Shown in pieces: positions 8,940 to 18,294 of a stretch of 64,000 bases of DNA; positions within the stretch are counted from its first letter, which is position 1, and each line of letters opens with the position of its first letter. The stretch is from Candidatus Bathyarchaeia archaeon (GTDB lineage: Bacteria > Hydrogenedentota > Hydrogenedentia > Hydrogenedentales > SLHB01). A program made the translations under genes and the position numbers. The stretch is from positions 5,241 to 69,240 of the forward strand of contig DATKVG010000217.1 in the NCBI GenBank assembly GCA_035530195.1, written 5' to 3'. The notes under the pieces were generated by a model that saw nothing but the letters and a program-made list of their open reading frames with translations, did not search any database and was not told the origin of the DNA.

Positions 8940-10352
8940 TCATGGCCTCTGTCGGAAACTGGGGATCACCGAGTCATGAGACCGGAAACCTGTGAGAGCG
9001 TTAAGAACTTGTTTGGCAATATCGTCATCGACACAGCCATTTGCCAACATAACTACGCCGATAGCGTGCTCTTTTGAAAAGGCCAAATAAGAATGGAACC
9101 CCTTTGTAGCCCCACTATGCCAGTACACTGGATCTTTGTACCTCGCATCCTTAATCATCAGGCACAGTCCAATCCTGGAGTTCTCGATGGTTGTCTCTGC
9201 AATGGGTCCCTGCATTCTCGTGAGGTCGTTCCCTGCCGGACCCTTCGGCGCCGCGATATTTGCCTTGATGTAGCGCAGCATGTCTTTTACCGTTGAGCGT
9301 AATCCCGCAGCGCCCTCGTATACATTGGTACATGCGTTTGCATCCGCGCGAATCACGAGAGAAAGAGGCCCGAATCGTAGCGGGCCCAAATATCCCTGAG
9401 CTGTACGGTTGCCTCCTTCAGCAACCTGCACGTGCGTATCCTGCATGCCAATAGGCTCACAGATGAACTGTCTGACCATTTCTTCGTAATTCATGTTGAC
9501 TTTTCGGGCCAAAGCGAATCCTAGCAGGCCAACTCCAAAATTGGAATAGCGGAAAGATATAGCTCGAGATCTGAAGCCCGCAAGATATGCTCGCGATTCT
9601 GCATCCGTGAGATAACTGTAGCTGATGCCTGGTTCCTTCATGGACAGAAAAGCTTTCAACGTGTGGCGAAGCAGTTCTCCAAAGTTTGGCAACCCGGAAT
9701 GGTGCGTCGCGAGAGCCTTGAGCGTGATCTGATTGTCGGGTATTTTCCAGTCTGACAGGAGTGATGACAATGGGTCGTCAAGGGCGACAAGTTTCTGCTC
9801 AACGCAGTGTGCAAGCGCATGGCCCGTGAACACTTTTGTTATGGAGCCGATTTCAAAAAGGGTACCCGCATCAGGCGTTACATCGCTTTCGATAGCAACG
9901 TGGCCAGCACTGAAAACAAATGTGCGGTTCTTGTAAACAGCCCCCATGCAAATTCCTACAGGAGTAGATTGTACTTTATGACTCTTAAAGAACGCGCGGG
10001 TTATTCTGTCGAGCTTCTTAACAACGGCTGCATCCTCAGGCGAACCATCCTGATCCAGTAAGTGCCATTGATGAAGTTCTGGGTCGTAGAACGGATGGGA
10101 CTCAATGTGCAGAACAGGGTGTACCTGGATAAGCCACAGAGATGTGAACAGAACATACGTACAACCAAGTGCGAGTCGGAAGGCCAGCCGCCACCATGAT
10201 TCAGTGCGCAGGCAGTTTTGCCGAGCCAACTTGGGCCATAGTCCTCTTAGGGCACTCCAGACTATGCGCACGCTCAGAATCAAGAACAGTAGCGAAAAGA
10301 GGGAAAACAAGGCTTTAACATAGAAGTGCCCCATTGGAACTTCAGCCTCCAC
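8940..10352 (-). CDS. membrane-anchored serine hydrolase of the beta-lactamase / DD-peptidase (class C-like) family
   Basis: Two N-terminal TM helices, then SITK (SxxK), YSN (YxN) and HSG (third box) in canonical order and spacing. Confidence 0.75.
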   Translation of the reverse strand: MEAEVPMGHFYVKALFSLFSLLFLILSVRIVWSALRGLWPKLARQNCLRTESWWRLAFRLALGCTYVLFTSLWLIQVHPVLHIESHPFYDPELHQWHLLDQDGSPEDAAVVKKLDRITRAFFKSHKVQSTPVGICMGAVYKNRTFVFSAGHVAIESDVTPDAGTLFEIGSITKVFTGHALAHCVEQKLVALDDPLSSLLSDWKIPDNQITLKALATHHSGLPNFGELLRHTLKAFLSMKEPGISYSYLTDAESRAYLAGFRSRAISFRYSNFGVGLLGFALARKVNMNYEEMVRQFICEPIGMQDTHVQVAEGGNRTAQGYLGPLRFGPLSLVIRADANACTNVYEGAAGLRSTVKDMLRYIKANIAAPKGPAGNDLTRMQGPIAETTIENSRIGLCLMIKDARYKDPVYWHSGATKGFHSYLAFSKEHAIGVVMLANGCVDDDIAKQVLNALTGFRSHDSVIPSFRQRP

Positions 10353-10434
10353 GTCAGAGTTATCGATTCATCTTCTTATACATGCACCAAAAATACAAGA
10401 CAGGAAGTAGACGGCCAGGCGCGCGAAGCCTCTG

Positions 10435-10621
10435 CGGCCCCATTCGGGGACTTCTTTGATCGGGGCAGCCCCTGTCCCAGGGTTCCCTTCGGTCACCCTG
10501 GGCCACATTCTAAATCACCCGCTACGCGGGTTATAGACCAACCGTCGGGAAGGGCCGCTCCCAACGATAATGTATAAATTCCAGGGCCCGAAATCATTTC
10601 GGGCCTACATTTCGGGCCTAC
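10435..10621. repeat. right arm of the inverted repeat flanking the low-GC insert
   Basis: See the left-arm entry. It ends with the ggcccgaaatcatttcgggcc palindrome (10585-10605) followed by a duplicated atttcgggcctac. Confidence 0.8.
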
Positions 10622-10626
10622 ATGCG

Positions 10627-10655
10627 TTGACAACCCCCATACCCTGTGTTAAGGT
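10627..10655 (+). promoter_or_regulatory. possible sigma70-type promoter of the flagellar export operon
   Basis: TTGACA (10627-10632), a 17 nt spacer, then TAAGGT (10650-10655, a weak -10), about 50 nt upstream of the fliQ ATG. Confidence 0.25.
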
Positions 10656-10707
10656 GCTTTTATTAGTGGACTTGCCCGGTTTCTGGGGACGCGGCTGGGG
10701 TGGAAAA

Positions 10708-10977
10708 ATGACCGTTGATGATGTTGTTGCTCTGGGGTGGAACGCCCTGCTCGTTACCCTCCTGATGGCGGCGCCGATGTTGCTTTCCGGGCTGATGGTG
10801 GGGCTCGCGGTCAGCATTTTGCAGTCGGTGACGCAGGTCCAGGAGATGACGCTGGCGTTCGTGCCGAAAATCGTGGCCGTAATGCTGGCGTTCATTCTTT
10901 TCCTGCCGTGGATCATGGCCACCCTGCTCAACTTCGTCCAGCCGTTGTTCGGCAATTTCGACATGCTGGTCAGATAA
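10708..10977 (+). CDS. fliQ: flagellar biosynthetic protein FliQ
   Basis: An 89 aa two-TM protein (MTVDDVVALGWNALLVTLLMAAPMLL..LQSVTQVQEMTLAFVPKI). The ORF-track start at 10570 lies inside the repeat arm and is unlikely. Confidence 0.85.
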   Translation: MTVDDVVALGWNALLVTLLMAAPMLLSGLMVGLAVSILQSVTQVQEMTLAFVPKIVAVMLAFILFLPWIMATLLNFVQPLFGNFDMLVR

Positions 10978-10991
10978 TCCGGACTTATGCT

Positions 10992-11771
10992 GTGGAACCA
11001 TTTACCGTATTCGAGGTGGAAGTTTTTAAAGTCTTCCTGCTCGTAATGGTCCGGATCAGCGGGTTTGTGGTTTCGGCGCCCGTCTTCGGTTCCAGAAACT
11101 TCCCCATCGTCGCCAAAATATGTTTTACGGCGCTGGTCGCGGCCATCCTTACACCGAGCATCCAGAGCCTGGGGCAAACCCTTCCAAGCGAGCCGGTGGC
11201 GCTGGCGGTGCTGGGCGTGGGCGAGCTCATGATTGGCCTGATGCTGGGATTTGTGATGACGCTCGTATTCGCCGCAATCCAGGTCGGCGGCCAAATCATG
11301 GACATGCAGTCCGGGTTCAGCATGATCAACGTGTTCAACCCCGCCATGGAAACCCAGGTGCCCGTGTTCGGCTTTTTCCTGTTCATTCTGGCGGTCCTGT
11401 TCCTGCTGGTTACCAACGGGCATCACGTCATGATCCGCGCGCTGGTTTCGACCTTTGATCAGATCCCGCTGGGCGGGTTTGTATTGCGGCCCGAACTGTT
11501 CTGGGAAATCACCCGGTGGGGCCGGGTGATGTTTTACGACGGGCTGCTGATAGCGGCGCCCGTGGCAGCGGCCCTGTTTGTGGCGTATCTGGCGATGGGC
11601 CTGATAGGCCGGGTGGTCCCGCAGATCCAGTTGTTCGTGGTTGGATTCCCGCTGACGATCGCGGTGGGCTTGTTCGTGATGGCGATCTCGGTCCACATGT
11701 ACCTGATGACGCTCGAAGGCATGTTCCATGATATGTTCGAAGGCGTCGCATCCATGATTAGAGCCATTTAG
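10992..11771 (+). CDS. fliR: flagellar biosynthetic protein FliR
   Basis: GTG 10992 gives 259 aa and does not overlap the fliQ body. RISGFVVSAPVFG and the polytopic profile are typical of FliR. Confidence 0.8.
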   Translation: MEPFTVFEVEVFKVFLLVMVRISGFVVSAPVFGSRNFPIVAKICFTALVAAILTPSIQSLGQTLPSEPVALAVLGVGELMIGLMLGFVMTLVFAAIQVGGQIMDMQSGFSMINVFNPAMETQVPVFGFFLFILAVLFLLVTNGHHVMIRALVSTFDQIPLGGFVLRPELFWEITRWGRVMFYDGLLIAAPVAAALFVAYLAMGLIGRVVPQIQLFVVGFPLTIAVGLFVMAISVHMYLMTLEGMFHDMFEGVASMIRAI

Positions 11772-11773
11772 AC

Positions 11774-12889
11774 ATGCCTGAGCAACCCGGCGGAGATAAA
11801 ACTTTACCGGCATCGCCGCTCAAGCGGCAGCGCGCGCGCGAGGACGGGAAGGTTGCAAAAAGCCAGGACCTCGTGTCGGCGGGGGCGCTCCTGGCGGCGT
11901 TGCTCGCGCTGCGGCTGCTGGGCCCGGCGTCGTTTGACCGCCTGATCGGGGTGATGTACTACTACCTCGGGTCGTTTCCCGAAAAATTCCAGGACCTGGA
12001 AGCCCCCCAGCGGTTCGCAATAGAACTGCTTTGGGTAGCCGCGCCGATCGTGCTGCCGTTCATGCTCGTGATGATGCTGGCCGGCGTCCTGCTCAACGTC
12101 ATGCAAGTCGGCATCCTGTTTACGGCCAAACCGCTGACCCCCAAGCTGGACAAACTGAACCCGATCAATGGGCTTGCGAACCTGTTTACGCTCCGCTCGT
12201 TCGTCGAGTTGATCAAATCCATCTTGAAAGTCACGCTCGCTGTGTGGATCGTGTGGCTGACCGTGAAAACCCGGCGGGAACAGTTTGTAAACCTTATGGC
12301 CGCAACCCCGGAAGCCTTACCGACTGCTGTTGGCGGGATGATCGTCACGATTTGGTGGCGGGTGGCGGCGGCGATGCTCGTGCTGGGCCTGCTGGACTAC
12401 GGATTCCAACGCTGGCAGTACGAGCGCGACCTGAGGATGACCACGCAGGAAGCCCGCGAAGAACTCCGCGAATTCGAAGGCGACCCCCGGATCCGCCAGC
12501 GGGTCCGCCAGATCCAGCGGCAGATGGCGATGCAGCGCATGATGGGCGAAGTGCCGCGGGCCGACGTCGTCATCACCAACCCCACGCAATTCGCCGTCGC
12601 GCTCCGGTATGACGCCGCCACCATGCGGGCGCCGGTGGTCGTCGCCAAAGGCGCCCGAATCCTCGCCGAACGCATCCGCACGATTGCCGTGGAAAACGAC
12701 GTGCCGATTGTCCGGAAACCGGAGCTGGCGCGCACCCTCTACCGGACGATTGACGTCAACCAGCCCGTGCCCGAGGACCTGTTCCGGGCGGTGGCGGAAG
12801 TGCTGGCGTACGTGTACCAGATCGACAGGCGCGAGCAGAAAATACGGGAGCGCCGCGAGAATTGGAACTCGTCCCCCGCGCGGGCATAA
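11774..12889 (+). CDS. flhB: flagellar export switch protein FlhB
   Basis: N-terminal KTLPASPLKRQRAREDGKVAKSQDL, 4 TM helices, and a C-terminal autocleavage region ITNPTQFAVALRY. The motif is NPTQ rather than the canonical NPTH. Confidence 0.9.
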   Translation: MPEQPGGDKTLPASPLKRQRAREDGKVAKSQDLVSAGALLAALLALRLLGPASFDRLIGVMYYYLGSFPEKFQDLEAPQRFAIELLWVAAPIVLPFMLVMMLAGVLLNVMQVGILFTAKPLTPKLDKLNPINGLANLFTLRSFVELIKSILKVTLAVWIVWLTVKTRREQFVNLMAATPEALPTAVGGMIVTIWWRVAAAMLVLGLLDYGFQRWQYERDLRMTTQEAREELREFEGDPRIRQRVRQIQRQMAMQRMMGEVPRADVVITNPTQFAVALRYDAATMRAPVVVAKGARILAERIRTIAVENDVPIVRKPELARTLYRTIDVNQPVPEDLFRAVAEVLAYVYQIDRREQKIRERRENWNSSPARA

Positions 12890-12929
12890 TATCCGGCGTA
12901 AGCATCTAGGAGAAACCGGGGAGTCATAA

Positions 12930-15008
12930 ATGGCCTTGCCGGCAACAGAGACCCAGCCGCAGCGGTGGTCCCTGGCTCAAAACCAGGATATCGCCCTGGC
13001 CGTCTGCGTGATCGGCATTCTGGTCGTCCTCATCATCCCGGTCCACTGGCGCATACTCGACGTTCTGCTGACGCTGAACATTTCGGTGTCCGTGGTGGTT
13101 TTGCTCGCGACAATTTATCTTCAGCGCCCGGTCGAGTTTGCCGTTTTCCCCTCGCTTCTGCTCATCCTGACCTTGTTTCGCCTGAGCCTCAACGTGGCCT
13201 CGACGCGCCTGATCCTGTCGGACGGGTTCGCGGGCAGCGTGATCGCCTCGTTCGGCAACTTCGTGACGCGCGGCAATATCGTGGTGGGATTCGTGATCTT
13301 CGCCATCCTCATCATCATTCAGTTTGTGGTGATCACGCGGGGCGCGCAACGCATCTCCGAAGTCGCCGCCAGGTTCACGCTCGATGCCATGCCCGGCAAA
13401 CAAATGGGCGTCGACGCCGACCTCAACGCTGGGCTCATTACCGAAGCCCAAGCCAGGGTGCGCCGCCACGACATCGAGCGCGAGGCCGATTTCTACGGCG
13501 CCATGGACGGCGCCACCAAGTTCGTCCGGGGTGACGCAATCGCCGGCATCATCATCACGATCGTCAACATCCTCGGCGGGTTCATCATCGGTATCGCCAT
13601 GCAGGGGCGGTCGCTCATGGATGCGCTGAGCCTGTACACGAAACTGTCGATCGGCGACGGGCTGGTGACACAGATCCCGGCGCTGATCGTGTCGACGGCG
13701 GCGGGCCTGATCGTCACCCGGACCGCCACCGACCAGAACATGGGCATCGATTTTACCCGGCAACTCACCCGTTATCCGCGGGCGCTGATGGTGGCGGCCG
13801 CCATGCTGGGGGTGTTCGGCGTGGTGCCCGACATGCCCCGGTCGTTCCTGGTCGTTGGCGCGCTAGTGGCGTTCGTGGCGTACAGCGCGCAGATGTCGCT
13901 CAATCAGCAGACAGCCGCCGCCCGCGCGGAGGCCGCCGCCGAAAAAGAAGCCGCCGTCAAAGAGGCCCCGCAAAAAACCGAAGACCTGCTCGCCGTCGAT
14001 CCCCTCAAGATCGAACTCGGCTACGCGCTGGTTCCCATGGCGGACGCACGCCAGGGCGGCGACCTCCTCACGCGCATCCAGATCATCCGACAGCAGGTGG
14101 CGGCCAAGATGGGTTTCATCGTGCCCGTGATCAGGATCATCGACAACATGCGCCTGCGGCCCAATCAGTATTGCGTCCGATTGCGCGAGGCGCTCATCGC
14201 CACCTACGAAATCATCCCGGATCATTTCCTCGCCATGAACCCGGGCCTCGTCGAAGAGGAAATCAAGGGAATACCAACCAAAGAGCCCGCGTTCGGGCTC
14301 CCGGCGGTCTGGGTTTCTGCGGGTGACAGGGACCGCGCGCAACGGCTGGGTTACACCATCGTGGAGCCGTCGGCCGTGCTGGCCACGCACCTGACGGAGC
14401 TCATCCTCGGCCACGCAGACGAACTGCTGTCGCGCGAGGACGTGCAGGGGCTCGTCAAGCATGTCCGGGAGAAGGCGCCGAGCGTGGTAGACGAACTGCT
14501 GCCGAACATCCTGACGCTGGGCGAGCTCCAGAAAGTGCTCCATACGTTGCTGCGCGAGCGCGTCTCTATCCGCAACCTGGAAGCCATACTCGAAACGCTC
14601 GCCGATTATGCGCCGCGCACGCGGGACGTCGAGTTGCTCGCCGAATATTGCCGCCACCGCCTGGCGCGGGAGATTTGTCACGCCTACACCGACGAGCAGG
14701 GCGTGCTGCACGTGATCACGCTCGCGCCCGCGATCGAGAAAGAAATCCTCGACGCGCTCCAGAACTCGGAATCGGGCGCGTACGTGCCCCTGGATCCGCG
14801 GCGCGCCGACGTGATCGCGCTCAACGCCGTCCAGGCGGTCCAGCCACTGGTTCTGATGGGGCACGAGCCGGTCGTGCTGACGTCGGCGGCCGCGCGGAGG
14901 TACGTGAAGCGGATTCTCGAACGGCAGCAGCCCAAGATCGTGGTGCTGTCATACAATGAGATCGATCCTTCGGTGCAGTTGGAAAGCGAAGGCCAAGTGA
15001 GCGCATAA
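12930..15008 (+). CDS. flhA: flagellar export gate protein FlhA
   Basis: 692 aa. TM region with FRLSLNVASTRLIL, the FHIPEP-like loop RFTLDAMPGKQMGVDADL, and a large cytoplasmic C-domain. Confidence 0.95.
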   Translation: MALPATETQPQRWSLAQNQDIALAVCVIGILVVLIIPVHWRILDVLLTLNISVSVVVLLATIYLQRPVEFAVFPSLLLILTLFRLSLNVASTRLILSDGFAGSVIASFGNFVTRGNIVVGFVIFAILIIIQFVVITRGAQRISEVAARFTLDAMPGKQMGVDADLNAGLITEAQARVRRHDIEREADFYGAMDGATKFVRGDAIAGIIITIVNILGGFIIGIAMQGRSLMDALSLYTKLSIGDGLVTQIPALIVSTAAGLIVTRTATDQNMGIDFTRQLTRYPRALMVAAAMLGVFGVVPDMPRSFLVVGALVAFVAYSAQMSLNQQTAAARAEAAAEKEAAVKEAPQKTEDLLAVDPLKIELGYALVPMADARQGGDLLTRIQIIRQQVAAKMGFIVPVIRIIDNMRLRPNQYCVRLREALIATYEIIPDHFLAMNPGLVEEEIKGIPTKEPAFGLPAVWVSAGDRDRAQRLGYTIVEPSAVLATHLTELILGHADELLSREDVQGLVKHVREKAPSVVDELLPNILTLGELQKVLHTLLRERVSIRNLEAILETLADYAPRTRDVELLAEYCRHRLAREICHAYTDEQGVLHVITLAPAIEKEILDALQNSESGAYVPLDPRRADVIALNAVQAVQPLVLMGHEPVVLTSAAARRYVKRILERQQPKIVVLSYNEIDPSVQLESEGQVSA

Positions 15009-15009
15009 C

Positions 15010-16332
15010 ATGTCAAACACTTTCCACAAATTCAAAGCCGAAACGTTCGACGAAGCCTACCAGCAAATGGTGCGGGCACTCGGGAAAGACGCCGTCGTCG
15101 TGAACACCACCGAAGTCACTGAAGGCGGGTTGTTCGGCTTCCTCGGCAACAAAATGATCGAGCTGACGGCATCGGTGCCGGGTCCCGCCGCCCCGCGTCG
15201 TCCGAGCCTGCCCGAAAAAAAGTACCAGGAGGCGGCGTCCGTGGGTTCCGATGAAGCGGTGCAGGACACCGTGGCGTATTTTCGCCGGATTGTCGCCGAC
15301 GCCCAGGCGCGGATTGCCCGCAACGCGGCGCAGAGCCAGAAGGGTGATGAACCCAACGCGCCGATTCCAGACCCCAAAACGCCCATTCTCCCCACGAAAG
15401 CCGCCGCACCTGTCGTGCAGGACTTCAACGCCGTTCAACGCGAACTTCGCGAGATGCGCGAGATGCTCCAGATCCTGGTTTCCGAGAATCCGGCATCCGG
15501 CATGCCGCCCGAGTTCGCCGAATGTTACCGCCGTCTGATCGAGCACGGCGTGTGTCGCAAACTGGCGGGCGGGCTCGTCTCGTCCGTCGTTGCCGGCAGC
15601 GACCTCAACATCATTCGGCACCCGCGCGTGTTCTACGAGCGCCTGAAAATGGAGATGCAGAAACTCCTGTGCGTCACGGGCGGCATCAAGGTCGTAAAAG
15701 GCCAGAGACGCGTCGTTGCACTCGTGGGCGCGACCGGCGTCGGCAAGACCACAAACCTGGCAAAACTGGCGGCCATCTTTGCGGTCGAACGCCGTGCCCG
15801 CGTCGCGTTGGTCACGACGGACACCTATCGCGTGGCCGCTCCCGAACAGCTCCATGTCTACGCCAATATCGTTGGACTGCCCATGCAGGTCACGCATTCC
15901 GGCGAAGAACTCGTGAAAGCCCTCAACCTCTACCAGAACTACGATCTCGTCCTGATTGACACCGCCGGCGGCAGCCAATTCAATCAGAAAAAAATCGAGG
16001 AACTACACCTCAACCTTAAGGCGGTTCACCTGGACGACGTTATCCTGGTGCTCAGTGCCAACACCCAACTGGAAGAACTGCGCAGCGCCATGGAGAGCTT
16101 TGGGCGGCTCAGCCCCACCGAGATTCTCTTCTCCAAGCTTGACGAAACCCGCAGGTTTGGCGTTCTTTTCACGGCCGCTGTCGAAAGCGGGCTGCCCGTG
16201 GGCTATCTCAGCATCGGCCAGAACGTCCCCGACGACATCGAATTGGCCAGCGTCCGCACCATCACCCGGCTGCTCATTAACGAGGGAGGAAGTCTGTTTG
16301 GATCAGGCGCAAAATCTTCGGGAACTGGTTAA
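15010..16332 (+). CDS. flhF: flagellar SRP-type GTPase FlhF
   Basis: G1 GATGVGKTTNLAKLA, DTYRVAA, G3 DTAGGS, G4 SKLDET. Confidence 0.85.
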   Translation: MSNTFHKFKAETFDEAYQQMVRALGKDAVVVNTTEVTEGGLFGFLGNKMIELTASVPGPAAPRRPSLPEKKYQEAASVGSDEAVQDTVAYFRRIVADAQARIARNAAQSQKGDEPNAPIPDPKTPILPTKAAAPVVQDFNAVQRELREMREMLQILVSENPASGMPPEFAECYRRLIEHGVCRKLAGGLVSSVVAGSDLNIIRHPRVFYERLKMEMQKLLCVTGGIKVVKGQRRVVALVGATGVGKTTNLAKLAAIFAVERRARVALVTTDTYRVAAPEQLHVYANIVGLPMQVTHSGEELVKALNLYQNYDLVLIDTAGGSQFNQKKIEELHLNLKAVHLDDVILVLSANTQLEELRSAMESFGRLSPTEILFSKLDETRRFGVLFTAAVESGLPVGYLSIGQNVPDDIELASVRTITRLLINEGGSLFGSGAKSSGTG

Positions 16333-17152
16333 GAAAAGCCAGAACATGGCGCGCGTCCTCGCCGTCACCAGCGGCAAAGGCGGTGTCGGCAAGACCAGCA
16401 CCAGCGTCAACCTGGCCATTGCGCTGGCTTCCCACAAAAAGCGGGCGATCGTGCTCGATGCCGACCTCGGCCTCGCCAACGTCGAGGTCCTGATGGGCCT
16501 CAACTCGATGTACAACCTCCAGCACGTGATCGACGGCGAGAAAACCATCATGCAGATCCTCGTCCAGGGGCCCGGCGGGATTGAAGTGGTGCCCGGTACG
16601 TCCGGCCTGGCCAAGCTGGCCGATCTGTCCGCCGCCGCCCGCCAAAATGTCTTGAAGGGTCTCAAAGACCTCCAGGAACAGACCGACTTCATCATCATCG
16701 ACACGATGGCAGGCATTGGCCAGAATGCCATCTCGTTTGCCGCCGCCGCCGACGAAGTCCTCGTGGTAACCACCCCCGAACCTTCCGCCATCGTCGACGC
16801 CTACGCCACCATAAAGACCATCCACGGCATGCGGGAAGACGCCGTGTTCCGGCTGATTGTGAACATGGTGGCGAGTTCGCAGCAGGCGCTCGCCGTCACC
16901 ACCAACCTGACGCGCGTGGCCCAGCAATATCTCGGCCTGCGGCTGTCGTACCTCGGCCACATCCTGCGCGACCCCCACGTCGCCCAAGGCGTCATGCAGA
17001 CCCACCCCTTCATCCTGCGCTTCCCCAACGCGCCCGCCACCAAATGCGTCCACGACCTCGCCACAAAGCTCATCCAGCAGAAAACCGAAAACAAAGACGG
17101 ACGCGCAGGCTTCTTCCGCCGCTTCGCACAAACCATCGGCATCGCCGGGTAG
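16298..17152 (+). CDS. flhG: MinD/ParA-type ATPase FlhG (FleN/YlxH)
   Basis: A TTG start at 16298, preceded by GAGGGAGGA, yields the N-terminus MDQAQNLRELV, which is the DQAxxLR FlhF-activating motif. Deviant Walker A SGKGGVGKTS. C-terminal amphipathic GFFRRFAQTIGIAG. It overlaps the flhF 3' end by 35 nt. Confidence 0.8.
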   Translation: MDQAQNLRELVKKSQNMARVLAVTSGKGGVGKTSTSVNLAIALASHKKRAIVLDADLGLANVEVLMGLNSMYNLQHVIDGEKTIMQILVQGPGGIEVVPGTSGLAKLADLSAAARQNVLKGLKDLQEQTDFIIIDTMAGIGQNAISFAAAADEVLVVTTPEPSAIVDAYATIKTIHGMREDAVFRLIVNMVASSQQALAVTTNLTRVAQQYLGLRLSYLGHILRDPHVAQGVMQTHPFILRFPNAPATKCVHDLATKLIQQKTENKDGRAGFFRRFAQTIGIAG

Positions 17153-17222
17153 GAGGCAGGTCTGGAGGAAAAGAAGATCCGACGGATCGGACAGATGTTT
17201 GTTTAGCCACGACTTTTCACAG

Positions 17223-18110
17223 TCAGCCTAACCTCCGCCGCGCCGATAGGATCGTGTTTTTCATGAGCATCACGATCGTCATCGGCCCGACGCCGCCCGG
17301 CACCGGCGTGATGGCTTCAACCTTGGCCTTGACCTCCTCGAAATCCACGTCGCCCACGAGCCGGTATCCGGATTTCTTGCTCGCGTCCTCGACGCGGTTG
17401 ACACCCACGTCGATGACGACCGCCCCTTCCTTCACCATGTCGGCCTTGACAAACCGCGGCACACCGATCGCCGCAATCAGAATCTCGCCCTGCTGTGTGA
17501 TCGACGGCAGATCCCGCGTGCGCGAGTGGCAAACCGTCACGGTGGCGTTCGCCCCTTGCGCTTTCTGCATCAGGATAGCCGCCAGCGGTTTTCCAACAAT
17601 ATTCGAACGCCCCACGATGACCACGTGCCGGCCGTCGGGGTTGTAGCCGCTCCGGATCAGCAGTTGCTGGCAACCCGCCGGCGTGCAGGGGAGGAAGCCC
17701 GGCTCCCCACTCAGCATTTTGCCCACGTTCACCGGGTGAAATCCGTCCACGTCCTTGTTCGGGTCGATCGCCAGCAGCACCTGGTGGGTGTCGATCTGTT
17801 TGGGCAGCGGCAACTGCACCAGTATCCCATGGACCCGGCTGTCGGCGTTCAGCTCGGCGATCAAGCCCAGCAGCCGGTCTTGCGTGCAGTCCGCCGGCAG
17901 GTCGTGCGAGAACGACGCCAAGCCCAGGTCCACGCAGCTTTTGTTTTTACGCCGGACGTAAACCTGGCTTGCCGCGTCTTCGCCCACGAGCACCACGGCC
18001 AGACCCGGCGTCACCCCACGCGCAACCAACTCTTGGACCTCCCGCCGCAGGTCTTGCCGGATTTCGCCGGCTATTTTCGCGCCATCAATGATTTTGGCTG
18101 TCTTTTCCAC
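17223..18110 (-). CDS. folD: bifunctional methylenetetrahydrofolate dehydrogenase / methenyl-THF cyclohydrolase
   Basis: KIIDG..IA..IR, PGLAVVLVGEDAASQVYVRRK, VIVGRSNIVGKPLA, PVPGGVGPMT. Confidence 0.9.
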   Translation of the reverse strand: MEKTAKIIDGAKIAGEIRQDLRREVQELVARGVTPGLAVVLVGEDAASQVYVRRKNKSCVDLGLASFSHDLPADCTQDRLLGLIAELNADSRVHGILVQLPLPKQIDTHQVLLAIDPNKDVDGFHPVNVGKMLSGEPGFLPCTPAGCQQLLIRSGYNPDGRHVVIVGRSNIVGKPLAAILMQKAQGANATVTVCHSRTRDLPSITQQGEILIAAIGVPRFVKADMVKEGAVVIDVGVNRVEDASKKSGYRLVGDVDFEEVKAKVEAITPVPGGVGPMTIVMLMKNTILSARRRLG

Positions 18111-18294
18111 GTGGATTGCTCCGGTTTTTGGCCACGCTGGCCAGATGCCTGCATTACAGCAAGCCCAATCTTACCCAAGAGGCATAAAACGAAGCAAAAA
18201 TCCCTTGCCACGGGCCTGTTGTGGGAACACCGGCCGCCTGATACAATCAAGTTTAACCGATGCCGTCTTGGCGGCTCACTGGAAAGACGGATCC

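Larger units (their letters stand above)
8467..10605. mobile_element. putative horizontally acquired cassette bounded by inverted repeats (no transposase or integrase present)
   Basis: Inverted arms at both ends. The interior is markedly AT-richer: hand counts of 43% and 47% G+C on nt 9001-9060 and 9601-9660, versus 57% on one 60-nt flank sample (11101-11160) and roughly 60-65% by eye elsewhere. It carries a single cargo gene. Confidence 0.35.

Noticed and set aside
8940-10352. Calling the island cargo an antibiotic-resistance beta-lactamase
   Set aside because: Only the family-level SxxK/YxN/HxG boxes are visible. The same boxes occur in esterases, DD-peptidases and PBP-like proteins, and the N-terminal double TM anchor is atypical for secreted beta-lactamases. 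The substrate cannot be inferred.
8467-10621. Transposase, integrase or a tRNA attachment site associated with the low-GC insert
   Set aside because: No ORF in or next to the insert shows DDE, tyrosine- or serine-recombinase features, and no tRNA gene is adjacent. The mobile-element call is therefore kept at low confidence.
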